The notes beneath the pieces are model-generated. The model was given only the letters and a program-made list of their open reading frames with translations. It did no database searches and was not told where the DNA came from. The translations under genes and the position numbers were made by a program. Positions 11,826-23,547 of a DNA stretch of 38,422 nucleotides are shown piece by piece. Position 1 is the stretch's first letter; the number at the start of each line of letters is the position of its first letter. Location: NCBI GenBank assembly GCA_023231475.1, contig JALJEE010003212.1, positions 1 to 38,422 of the forward strand, read 5' to 3'. The stretch comes from Seison nebaliae (taxonomy: Eukaryota).

Positions 11826-14720
11826 TCAAAAATAATCGATCATTATCGAAACTTTCTCGGTATCTGTTCTCGTATCTCCGACGTATTGAGTAGAAACGTT
11901 CTCTCCACTTTTCATGTTCAATGAATTTAGTTTGACTGATAATGACTGAACATCTTCTCGAGGTGCCCAGTGAGGCAATATGAGTTCAACTGGCTTAAGA
12001 AATCTTACCCCTATTGGACCGCAAACTACTAAGGGAGATAATAATTGTTCTTCTTCATAATCAAACTGAGGTTTGTCACATAATTGGAAATAAATTTCTT
12101 GTTCTTTGTCAACAGGTATAGCTCCTGATGGAATTCTTAATTGGACACCATTCTTCTCTAGAATACCACCCGTATGATCGAATACTCCTCTGACAGTTTC
12201 ATAATTCTCTTCTTTTTTCTTTTCGTGTTTTCGCTCGTTAATTGTTGCAATACGTTCTTCATGGGTCATATTACGGAAACGGTCAGTAGACGATGATGAA
12301 TGAGAACCATCAGATTCTCTTCTATCAGGATTTCCTAAAATGTTCCGCGATGTGGAATTATCGTCATTATGATGTTGGCTTTTTTGGTGTATGGAATATT
12401 TATTCAATTGATAATTGTCATCTCTCATAAATTTAGAAGCAGCGATATCTTGATAATTTTTATCAGAAATTAACGATGATGATGTCGTTGTAGGTTTGAG
12501 ATGATTTTGAAGACTTTCATATAATTTGCTACCACTTAAACGAGATGAATCGTGATTTAGACGGAGAGGCACATTGACTGAAATATTCTTATTACTCGAT
12601 GGTGGACTACGATCAGTAGGTGATGATGAGAGAAATCCTTCATCTGTTTCACGACGACTATTCGAATAATCTGAATGTGTTGACGGGAATTTATTGACGA
12701 TTTGACCTTGAGGTAATTCGTCTTCAAAATCATCATCTTTCCTTTCGTATTGCATGTTCCCGTCAGTTTCATTTAACATAGTTGTCGATGATTTATGATA
12801 ATCAGACGGATCAATAAATGATCGATCAGTTATCCAGGTAGGTGTTTGCTGTTGAGTTTCAATGACTTCCTTAATTTTCTGATACCACCAGAATTCTCCT
12901 TTAATATTCTCGTTCTGTAAAGTTAACGGACCAATGACGGCTGTGAAGGTATGATACCAATATTTCGAATATTCTTCCATTTGATTCCATAATTTCTTCA
13001 TTTGTTTCGATGACGTTTTCACATGACTCTCTGGCATTCTCAGATTTAATAGACGATCATGTTCAATAATAATCTTCTTCAATTCTTTTTGATTCGTCGT
13101 TTTGAGAAATATGACGATCGGATAATAACGACGATAATTAAGATATTCGATAGCATTTGGTGACACTTCCAAAATACAATGTTTATGTGCATCGATCGAT
13201 TCTTTGATATAATCGATATTTAAAGAATTGTGTGGTTGAGTTGTCGACATTTGGAAATGTTGAGGAAAATCGTTCAATAAATGTTGAATGGCATTATTCG
13301 CCAAAGTTCCATAAATGATGACTGGTCGTCGAAAATTGAGTTCTTGAAGAACAACTCTTTCATAAACTGGAAATTTTGGTGGCAACATATTTAAGGAATA
13401 CATAGATGAATTCTTCAAATTGGAAGTATTATTCAACTGATTCATCGATTGGGATTTATTTCGATTGTTCTGTTGGAATTCGGAGGAAATGATTGTCGGA
13501 TCGTCCAAATAATTGGTGGTGGATTTGGATCGTTTTCTCGATGAAAAAATACTTCCACATGATGATTGTTGAGGTGTGTTAGCTAATCGATTTCCTCGTT
13601 TAACATTTCTTTCATTAAATATTTCTTCAGCATATGTAAAATTTGGAATTGTGCCACGTTGTCCTTGAAAACGACTCATCTCACTCGAATTGACGAGAAG
13701 ATCTTTCGGATCGAAAATTTTCTTAACAGTCCAACATTTATTTCGTTTATTCTCATCATCACACAATGTGTCGATAACATGGAATATCGATCCTCTTACG
13801 AAAGGATAATTGTTTCGTTGTTTCGGATTTGATTGAATTGGCATATAATCGAAATGTGTTCGAATAAAGAATGAATCACCCTCGTTTGTACGAAGAATTG
13901 ACTGATAATTCTCACTATCATGATAGAGTGTTAAATCGATAAATTTATTTTGATTTTGAGTTCGATATTCCGAATTGACCAAAAGATGAATAACTTCTTC
14001 TTTTGTTCGGTTATCCATCGACTCATTACCGATGGCGTCGATTCTGTCACCTGCAACTATACCACTACGATCTGACAGAGAATTTTTGTTGACATTCGTA
14101 ATATAAATACCTGACTGATTTCCACCAGCTATTTTTATGCCTAACGGATCTTTATTCTTTAAATTTAAACGGACTGTTCGCCGTTGTCCTTGTACGGGTA
14201 ATTGGTTAAAATCCATCGAATTGACACTCATATCTCTATCCATTCCAGTAATTGGAGATCGTCGATTATTGGAACGTAAAGAAGAAAGTGAATTGGATGG
14301 ATTATATGTGGACTTCCTTTTCCTAACACCTATCCGAAGGAGTTGGGGCGATTTTGAAGCGAAATAATCATTAAGAAGTTCTTCTACCTTTTCTGCTGAA
14401 AGATTCTTTGTTGGAATTCCATTAACATGGAATATTATATCTCCCGGTGCCAATTGGAATTTGGAAAGATCTCCATGATTTCTCTCGTTTATGGAACCAT
14501 CATTCGTCTCGTTATTGGGTGATATATGAATCTTGGATAAATGTTTCCTTAATAATTGTGGCGTTAAATTTGCGATACGTTCGACTGATAATTCATTTCG
14601 GATCTTCCATTTCACCAATGATGGATGTTCATCATCCAAATAATTAAAATTGTGTCGCTGTTCAGATGGTTGACGATCAGTTAGATGACGTTCGTTTGAC
14701 AATAACAAATTATATATCAT
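11826..14720 (-). CDS. TJP1: Tight junction protein ZO-1/polychaetoid-like MAGUK (degenerate PDZ, PDZ, SH3, GuK, ZU5); uninterrupted ORF
   Basis: PDZ LGIKIAGGNQSGIYI; SH3 GDSFFIRTHFDY; FPVYERVVLQELNFRRPVIIYG; YLNYRRYYPIVIFL; ZU5 RGVFDHTGG...LLSPLVVCGP.GVRFLKPVELILPH; C-terminal IMIDYF (cf. VLIDHF). Confidence 0.92.
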   Translation of the reverse strand: MIYNLLLSNERHLTDRQPSEQRHNFNYLDDEHPSLVKWKIRNELSVERIANLTPQLLRKHLSKIHISPNNETNDGSINERNHGDLSKFQLAPGDIIFHVNGIPTKNLSAEKVEELLNDYFASKSPQLLRIGVRKRKSTYNPSNSLSSLRSNNRRSPITGMDRDMSVNSMDFNQLPVQGQRRTVRLNLKNKDPLGIKIAGGNQSGIYITNVNKNSLSDRSGIVAGDRIDAIGNESMDNRTKEEVIHLLVNSEYRTQNQNKFIDLTLYHDSENYQSILRTNEGDSFFIRTHFDYMPIQSNPKQRNNYPFVRGSIFHVIDTLCDDENKRNKCWTVKKIFDPKDLLVNSSEMSRFQGQRGTIPNFTYAEEIFNERNVKRGNRLANTPQQSSCGSIFSSRKRSKSTTNYLDDPTIISSEFQQNNRNKSQSMNQLNNTSNLKNSSMYSLNMLPPKFPVYERVVLQELNFRRPVIIYGTLANNAIQHLLNDFPQHFQMSTTQPHNSLNIDYIKESIDAHKHCILEVSPNAIEYLNYRRYYPIVIFLKTTNQKELKKIIIEHDRLLNLRMPESHVKTSSKQMKKLWNQMEEYSKYWYHTFTAVIGPLTLQNENIKGEFWWYQKIKEVIETQQQTPTWITDRSFIDPSDYHKSSTTMLNETDGNMQYERKDDDFEDELPQGQIVNKFPSTHSDYSNSRRETDEGFLSSSPTDRSPPSSNKNISVNVPLRLNHDSSRLSGSKLYESLQNHLKPTTTSSSLISDKNYQDIAASKFMRDDNYQLNKYSIHQKSQHHNDDNSTSRNILGNPDRRESDGSHSSSSTDRFRNMTHEERIATINERKHEKKKEENYETVRGVFDHTGGILEKNGVQLRIPSGAIPVDKEQEIYFQLCDKPQFDYEEEQLLSPLVVCGPIGVRFLKPVELILPHWAPREDVQSLSVKLNSLNMKSGENVSTQYVGDTRTDTEKVSIMIDYF

Positions 14721-17700
14721 AATTATTGTCGGTTCTGATAGTCATAATATGACTATTGTCCAATTACTGTATTTCTAGGAAATTTTTCTTTGGTTTGTGA
14801 ATGTAGAGACTCCCAATCACTAACAGATTGATTTTGAGATATCGCTTAAGTCTATGAGAAGTGGGTGAAATGGAAAGAAGAAGAAAAGTAAATTTTTAAG
14901 ATTCATTTCTCTCATTTTTCTCCTTCTATTTTATTAGTGAAACGGAAGTCCGAAAAGGATGAAGAAGAAAATTTTTTTGGTAAAATGGAAACTTCCTTAA
15001 AGAACTAAAGATTGAATAAATACAAAAAGGAACAACAATAAAAACAACAACAACAATAGCAACATTATTCGAAAAATAACTCTAACTGAGAAAAGAATAA
15101 ATAAAAATAATGACACTTGAACTCCAGTAGAAACGAATGTTTATAATTACAATGATGACGATCATCGTGATATGAAGAGTTGAACGGTGAGCTAATTCTC
15201 TCCTTTTCATCTCTCTCATCTGTAAAACTGTACCGTTACACATAAGAGAAGTAAGTCGGGGACGTCTGAGCAATAAACTTAAGACAATTTTGTAATATTC
15301 TTCAAATGTAACATAAAGTTCGAAGGACGTAACATGTAATGATTTCTTTCACAATTTTCTTTGGTAGACATGTCGTTCATGTTCGATTTGAAAGACATTC
15401 AACAGATAGATCTGATAAATGTTTCATGAATTGTTGGAAGACATTAATAAATAACAAAAGGTACAAGATGATGCAATAACCGTAAAGGTGGGGAATGACA
15501 AATATCAATTTGGTGTATGATCACTAAAAAAAATTTATCATTTACAAATTAATATTGTTATTCATTCAACATTTGAACGATAGTAAATTTAGACATAAAA
15601 TAATAATACGGTTTCTTCATGACAATTGTTTCTTCATTCGCTTACACGACTTTCTTACGTAAATTTCCTATCAAACAATTCATTTTAATCAACAATTCAA
15701 TCGATTGCCAATCTTAATTGTCACAATATAACTTTCTTCAAACATTCACAACGCTACTGAGAGATAATTAATCAATTGCCAACAATTATCCGACAACCGA
15801 TAATGAAACAATTATATTAGATGTTAATTAAACTGTAACATTAACTAACAATTGTCACTTTTCTAATTGAAATAATTTCCTGTTTCATTTACTTTCCACC
15901 GTTTCCAATCTCATCTAAATTACTTTCATTTTCATAACATTATATCATGCCTTCTTCGATTGGGAAAATAAAAAATGGAATAATTCTATTTTTAATGTTC
16001 CTTCTGTATGAGTAATTGCACATGTGAACGATTCGTAGTTATGTCAGAACGTATGAGTCATAGAGTTTTGATAAAAATGAATTTTTTGAAACAGAATCAC
16101 ATTAATTTAAATATTGTCTAACGGCTATTTCACATCGGCTTGTTTACATAGTTCGAAATTCATTTGATAAATATAAACAAAAACTAGAGAGTGCGATTCT
16201 GTTCTTGTATTCGTGGCGATAATGGAGAGGAAAAGTAATATGAATTATGCAAAATGAAAATGAAAAATGATTAGAAGAAACGGATATGAATAAAAAGAAA
16301 ATCGATTAAGAAGGATCGATCGATATTTTCGGAATAAAGAAACGGAAAATTTCTCCTCGGTTTTAAGTGATAATTATTAATCATCTCCAAAAAACATTTG
16401 AGTGAGAAATGGAAAGACTTTGTTTCTTATATAATACATTTACATTGAGTGAACATTAGAAGGTATGGGGAACATGAACGATGTTCTCATGTACAACTCT
16501 CAAATCCTCTCGACTTCGGTAGGAGCGAACAGGTCTGTCAAATTAGAAGGTCCTGTTTAAAGAACGATAAATTGAAAGTGACAATTTTAACAAATTATAA
16601 TTTTTAATATAAATTAATATAAAACAATCTCTTCATGAATCAATTGGAGACATGTCTCCATAAAGTATGAAGTGAAGGAGAATTGGAAGAAAAGAAATCA
16701 TATCGTCAAGAAAGTGTGAGTTATTTTCCTTTTCTTTCGACATCGCTATATGATACTCCATAATATTCCATTGAGCAGCGAAATGAAAAGAATCTATATT
16801 CTCCTTTTCCCTTCTATTTGTTATGGCTCTTATATAATCATATGATTATTCTTTAGTGTGAAGGATTTCCTCAACAACTTCATAAGTCACGAAAATGATA
16901 CTTATATTTCGGTTCGCTATTCATCATGACACTCATCATTATTACCATCAACATCATCATCAATTCATAGAATTTTATGATAGATATTTATAGCGTCATT
17001 ATTGTCACCGGTAACGCAATACTGGTTAATTTCTTCTCCAAGTTTACCAGATGGCGTACCAAAACCAAATGTCGCAAAGTATTTGTTTTTCTTCTCTCAA
17101 TCGAAGAAAAAAGAAGGAAATTATTTGTATAGTCATTCAAGATCAATAAATTAACTCAAAATAAAAGTATTTCTTCTGTTATTTTTAGTGATGTGTATCC
17201 ATCATTTTATCGGGTTTCGGTTGGAAACAACTCGATAATTATCCGTCTTACATAATTGTTCAATTATGAATGAAATAGATAATTATTTTCTTCTGCTTTC
17301 TAATTTTCTACCTTCTTCTAATTTGCCAATTAATTTTCTCGTATAACCAGAATTATTTCCCATATTATTATGCTGGATTATTATTTCATTCAATTCATCG
17401 GAACCTTACCAATAATCAATAAATGGAATGAAATCATTTGATTTCAGTAAACTTGCCTTCCCGAAAATGGCAAAGGAAGAAGAAGGAAGATGAGGAACCG
17501 ATAACGAATTAGAGTTAAGGTAGAAATTTGATAAAATGAAAATTACATCAAGTTATTAGTTTCTGCTATTTATGTTATTTACCTAAAGTAAATGTTTGAA
17601 GAAGAAAATGGAACTTAATCGATTGAATAGTTGGCAAACTCTCCAATTGACGAGAAGTTGAGCATAGAAATCCTCTTCCTTATTTTCTCTTCCCGTTTTA

Positions 17701-18774
17701 ATTTTATCCGACATATCTCACTAATTCCATCGTTTTCTATTGCCTTCCTCACCACAAGTAACGGAAAGTGTCATACATTTCTCCATATACAATGTTCTCC
17801 CACCCTAGTAACTTCGACAGATGCATTTGTATTATGTAATGATCGATTCTTCCTCAATCTCTTCCGTTAAGACATAGAACTATTAAAATAATTTTATTTC
17901 GTTCCATTCTATTCAATTCCATTCATTAATTGCCAGAAATTATCTTATTGAAAAAATGTCAATAGTTACATTTGTCACCAGATGTATTTGCACGAAAATT
18001 ATAAAAGGAGAATTTGGAAATACTCTTCTTCAGTCCCACAACGGAGAATGTTAATATGTATTAATCAATGTGGTCCAGAATAAGGAAGTAGCATTCCTAC
18101 CAGAAATTTATTTGTATAAGAATGAAAAGAAATAAATTCTTCTTCTTTTTCCGAAAAAAATAATAAATAAAATTTACTTCTTTTGTCAGATAGTTCCTAG
18201 AGTTTCTCGATCGCTCTTATTATTTCTCGAGAATGGAATCCTCGAGAACTGTACGATCAGTTCGATCAATCCAAATAGGTGGTAGACTTCGTCCATTATG
18301 TGGAATTAATGAGACATAAGTAATGTAAATAATGAACGAAAATAGTAATTGGTGAATCGAGGGACTGACTCAAAAGTAGAAAGAAAGAAAGAAAGAAAGC
18401 AAGAACAGTATGTTCCCAATTTGTTCCATTTTTTTTATTATTATATTCATTCAGTCGTTTCATATTTTAATTTTGCTTCTTCCTTTCCTCCCCGTTTATG
18501 TGAATACTAACTACTACAGTAGTAACGGTATGTATGTAGCTCCGTGACGACGGCGGTCATTATAATCGATTTTATCGCTAACGAAATCCCTTTGACATAC
18601 CATCAACGATTACAATTTCCAACATTTAATCATCGCTTCATCTTTTCATTTATTAGAGAAATGGAGAAATTCCATATCTTTTTTCACCATTCACCAAAAG
18701 AAGAATACGAAAAGTCGAACGAGAAATTTTCTTCTGGAATAAAATGAGATTATTTGGAAAAGAAATTTTTTTAT

Positions 18775-19752
18775 TTAATCTTCACTCTTGTTGAAATGAA
18801 ATGTAAAATAAGAATTAGGAAAATCATGCAACGCTGTAAAATGATAGAAAACATTTGTTACCGCAAATGCGTATTCGAATGAGGAAAACAGAGTGAATGT
18901 GTATGGAATGCACCAAGCCAAATGGATCGCATAAGCAATGCCAACTATACCGATGAATATGGAGGAATAAATTAACCATTTCAATTTAGCATCAAATGAT
19001 TTTGAAAACGAGTCTATCGTTCCATAATCACTTGCATGCAACAAACGTGGCTCATCAAATTTTTTCATTTCTTTCAATCGGTAAGTGACGTACGTATTGA
19101 GATAACAGAAGAGCATTGCAAAGAAGGCATAAGTGATGAAACAGGAATCATGTACAGCTTTTAAAAGAAAACAAATCATTTTTAATTCAGAAATTCTTTA
19201 AGAAAATATGCCAACTCGAACTCTCTAAATTCGCAATAAATACCACTGAATAGAATGATGTCAGTTCGATAAGTTGGAAGAGAGTGTTGAGCCATATAAG
19301 AACTGTGGTTTTTACGGGAATTGTGGAAGATTTATAACATAAACTGAATTGATGATGGTAATGATTATGATAAATATATGTCATAATATATCTGGGAAGT
19401 AATGTGATTGAGAGGAAGAATCGCCAGAAATATCGATGCGGTTGAATTCCCGTTATTGCACTAATTGTCGGTATGTAATTTTTCACCTGAGAAAAGATTA
19501 GAATTTTTAATAAACTTTATCAAAAGAATTTAAATTTAAATATTTAATTTTAAAAAATTAAAAAAATAGATTATAAAAATGATTAAACGGAATTGAAAAC
19601 GATTTTTTTAAACTAACCCCACAATGATAAAACGTCACCTCATTAGAACGGAAGAGTAATGTGGAAATGAAACAAAAGGTAATTGTAACTAGTGGAACAC
19701 TGACAAGAAAGATGCCAAGATACCGAAGTTTTACGTGAAATAGTGGACGCAT
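18775..19752 (-). CDS. PGAP2: Post-GPI attachment to proteins factor 2 (Frag1/DRAM/Sfk1 family), 3 exons
   Basis: The spliced sequence TFYHCG|VKNYIPTISAITG.QPHRYFWR...PRY, VHDSCFI and C.PY.FTLFSSFEY...NVFYH matches PGAP2. Introns at 19487-19617 and 19158-19215. Confidence 0.85.
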
Positions 19753-22032
19753 TTCATGTATAGAGTATAGGTGTTCGAACAAAACAGAAAAGTAAAATTG
19801 AATAGATAATCAGCTTTCTGATCTAATGTCGGAGTAAAATATAATTTTTTCGTTGTTGCGAATCGTAAGTTGTTGTATGGTTAATGATAGTTTGATGGAA
19901 TGTGTCTGTTTGTTTTTTTCTGTTCCGTTCTTCTTCTCAGTGCATGTATGGTGTTTAGTGAGAGTTTGAATTATTTCATGATGTTATTTAATGCTGATTA
20001 ATAAAGGAAATCTCCACCATAAATCCAAATAACTTATTGATGAGAATTCCTATTTCTTCTTGCCTTCCGTCCTACACAAATGGAATATAACATTCCAAAT
20101 CGAATAAAGTGGAAATAATTGTGAGAAATCTCCAAATTTTTTCTCCAACAAATTAATTGTAAAATTTCTGATAAAAACCCAAGAAAACTTTTCATTAAAT
20201 GTAATTCTCTGCATTAATTATTATACATAACTCTGAAGGAAGCCGAGTCAGATCATTTGAACATTCGCTAAAGAAACTGATCGTTAAAGGAAATAAAGAA
20301 ATATATATGCCTCACTTACTTATATATAAATAATATGCTGGGGATTATCAGTCTTGTTATTTCTCTCCTTGCATTTTCTTAAATTGAGACTCATTTTCCA
20401 CAGTGACTTAAATTTAAATACCTCGATTACTACAATCTACCACTAACTAAGCGAATTGAATATTAGACTTCATAGAACGGAGAAATTAAAACGATTAACT
20501 TGCATTGATAAGAGTAGCATAAGACAAATGATCTATTAGAAAGTATTTCATCAGTCATAGGAACCAAAAATGTACGTATTTCTGTTTTTTCAGAAGAAAT
20601 AGTTCAAATAGTAAATTTGATAATTTTTAATAATAAACTATGATCAATTTAATGAACTAATTCAAATAGCCATTTTGGTTGGAAAAAAATTTACATAAAA
20701 ACATAATTCATAAATTTCCTTTGTCCGTTTTTCATATTTATGAAATTTTTTAATCATACATATTCTTTTTTTTTTATGTGAAAGGTTTAAATTGTATTCC
20801 TCCTCCATTGGCACTAAAATACACAATAATTTAAGTTTGGATTTGAATGGGTTCTCTATTATTCCAGTAACAACGGTTGAAATATGCGCGTTAAACATAG
20901 CGACAATTTAAGTGGCAAAACAAAACTTTTCCCAATTCACTTTGTCCCCTAGTAACAGACCCTCTGCCACCGGCAAAAATATTAATGACATTATTGAAAG
21001 ATTAATTTGGTTGTTAAGTTGTCGTTGGATTATTTCTTTGTTGTCATTATCCTGTCTTACAATTTACAATTGTTAGTTAGTTAAACATATTTCTATTTAT
21101 TTCTAAGTTTTATTTTTACCGAATGAAGTCTAATGAACAACTTTACATTTTGTCTATAATCTCCTAGGTAAATATTCCACAAAAAAATTTAATTAAATTT
21201 CTGAATCTAAATGAATTAATTTCCAATTCTTTTGAGCAGTTTTCCAATTTAATTGTCCTATGATTATATGAATAACAATTATTATAATGATTAAAGAAAA
21301 ATAATTCAAAATTCTTAGAAAATTGATATTATTTTAATTTCCCGAATGTTTACAAACAAAATATAATAAAATTTCATTCAAATTAAGATTAAAATAAATA
21401 CTTTACAATAAAGACAAGACAAGTCTAATCATTTAAATTCACTTTCACGAGACCATAAAATTCAACAGAATTACCTTCTTTGAATAATGTTTATAATCAT
21501 ATCTACTTGTTAGAATATTAGTTATAGTAGTTTATTATAGGGTAGTTAATAATATATTCAATTCCAATACTCTACACTTCACTCAATAGTTCCCACATGA
21601 ATTCTTATTATTTATCTCCTGGTCTTACGACAGTGATCAGACGATTAATAATAACCCCCATCATTTCAATTTAGTTGCATCTCCTGTTCTATTTAGCTAA
21701 TGTGTTATCTCATCGCATCTGATAATTCCATCAAGTGGATGAATCCGGTAATTTTTTACGAGCAATATTTGTTCTATTTGAAATATTTTAGAACTCACAA
21801 CTTAAGAATTTTTATGACAAATGGCGATACCAATCGAAAACTGTTAGAAAAAAGGTTGATATCTTTTTTTTACTTTTACCTAAAATAACGATTCTTCAAA
21901 ACTAATTTAAAAAAATTTTTTGACTGTTTGAGAACAATTTTGATACATTCTTGTTAGAAGAACTTTAGATTAATCTTTGAAAAATTAACGAAGAATTTTC
22001 ATCTTTTTCAATTAAATTTTTATTTAACTTCC

Positions 22033-23547
22033 TTAACCCACAGAATCGGCTGGTTTTGTTTCCAAACTATAAAAAGGATTTGTAAAGAATTTTATCATAT
22101 CATTTAGTTTTTCTTTATTACTATTATTCTTGCTCTCATTATGTTTTATGGTAATGTTTGATTGAGAAATCTCGTGAAGCTGTGAAGTATGAATCATAAA
22201 CTTTTTAGCTTTAGCACGTCCACAAACTGAACCGTAAAAGTGACGACCAACCGATGCCCGACAATCTCTATCCAAAAGATAATGTTCATAATAATAAATA
22301 AATTGCTCAGCAGATTTTCTTATTCTTTTGGTAATATCGATCTTAGATAAATTCTGTTGGAGATACAGATATAAACGATCCAAGGATATCAAAAGAAGAA
22401 ACGGATTATCACTTCTATTTGTAGGAGTTTGGGGGATATGGAAAACTGATTTCTCTATTACAGGTTCTATAAATTTCTCTGAAGATAAAAAGTTCTTTGT
22501 CAATTTTTCCAATTTATTTCTTAATTCTTTCTTCAACTGTTCCATCTTTTCACTTCGTTTCAATAATTCGATATCCATTGTTTTTAATGAACCACATATA
22601 TGATAATCAGTATCCCAAAATTTGAAAAAATCACAAATTATTCCATCTAAATCTTTCCTGAATTCGTCGACCACATACCAAATTTCAATTAATTTCTTTC
22701 GATAATAAATATATAATATTAGAAGATACATCAGATAGTAAAGAAGATCTTCTCTTATTAAACAAACTGAATAGAACAATCGATTTATATCAAATATCAA
22801 TGTATTCATTGTATTCAATAATTTTTGAATAATGTTCATTGTCGGGGTAGAAAGTAGGGCATGTACTGGAAAGATTTCTTTTATATCAGGTATAAATTCG
22901 ACATCCTTCTTTTTAAAAGTTTGCTTTAACTTTTCTGTAAAATAATACTTCCAATCACTCTTCCCAATCAAATGTTCCATTGACATATAATTACAGATGG
23001 AATAAGCTCTACGCGAATATAATTGAGAACGAATCTCATTCCAAGCATTGTTGGTGATAGTACAAAGAAGAATGTAACGTTCCTCACAATTCAGTTGTTT
23101 TTGCATGTCGATTAAAGTGGAAAAATTCCATTGGTATTTTTGAGCTATTCGAAAACTTTCTTTTTCTCGTTTATTTAATGTAGATAAAAAATTGTCGGGT
23201 TTACAATAGATATTTGGAGTTATCTTTTTCTTTTTTTTCACAGTTTTCTTTTTTTTCTTTGTTCGTCTAACTCGACTGTCCAATATAGGTGAAGGTTTCA
23301 GATAAAACACTTGATCGAATCTCCTGCATCTTCTCACAATTTCTTCGCATTCAGATTCAGACTCCTCTTCCGGTTCCATACAACGATAACATTCATTTGC
23401 TATTGTGAGAAACGTGTGGACTTTATTTGGTTTTTGCGATGGACAAAGTTTGGGATCCCATCCCGGTCGTAATAAGTTTCGATATTTGACGTCTTTGAGA
23501 ATAGCAGAACCTTTTTCTCGGGAGATTTTTAAAAGATTTCTGTACAT
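22033..23547 (-). CDS. Hypothetical 504-aa protein, single exon; acidic patch, poly-Lys tract, helical/coiled-coil C-terminal half
   Basis: A 1.5-kb stop-free frame in AT-rich DNA is very unlikely by chance. No family was recognised. Confidence 0.75.
   Translation of the reverse strand: MYRNLLKISREKGSAILKDVKYRNLLRPGWDPKLCPSQKPNKVHTFLTIANECYRCMEPEEESESECEEIVRRCRRFDQVFYLKPSPILDSRVRRTKKKKKTVKKKKKITPNIYCKPDNFLSTLNKREKESFRIAQKYQWNFSTLIDMQKQLNCEERYILLCTITNNAWNEIRSQLYSRRAYSICNYMSMEHLIGKSDWKYYFTEKLKQTFKKKDVEFIPDIKEIFPVHALLSTPTMNIIQKLLNTMNTLIFDINRLFYSVCLIREDLLYYLMYLLILYIYYRKKLIEIWYVVDEFRKDLDGIICDFFKFWDTDYHICGSLKTMDIELLKRSEKMEQLKKELRNKLEKLTKNFLSSEKFIEPVIEKSVFHIPQTPTNRSDNPFLLLISLDRLYLYLQQNLSKIDITKRIRKSAEQFIYYYEHYLLDRDCRASVGRHFYGSVCGRAKAKKFMIHTSQLHEISQSNITIKHNESKNNSNKEKLNDMIKFFTNPFYSLETKPADSVG

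Noticed and set aside
14738..14756. Palindrome ATAGTCATA-A-TATGACTAT just upstream of the ZO-1 ATG
   Set aside because: It is AT-rich and short, so plausible by chance.
15389..15398. TGAAAGACAT matches the 5' end of miR-71
   Set aside because: The rest of the mature sequence does not match and no precursor hairpin is evident.
16645..16660. Perfect 16-bp palindrome TGGAGACATGTCTCCA containing a p53-type half site
   Set aside because: A single half site with no adjacent partner; function cannot be supported.
20950..20977. Hairpin TGCCGGTGGCA followed by CTAG on the minus strand (Helitron-like end)
   Set aside because: CTAG is followed by G rather than T, the stem is weak and there is no other support.
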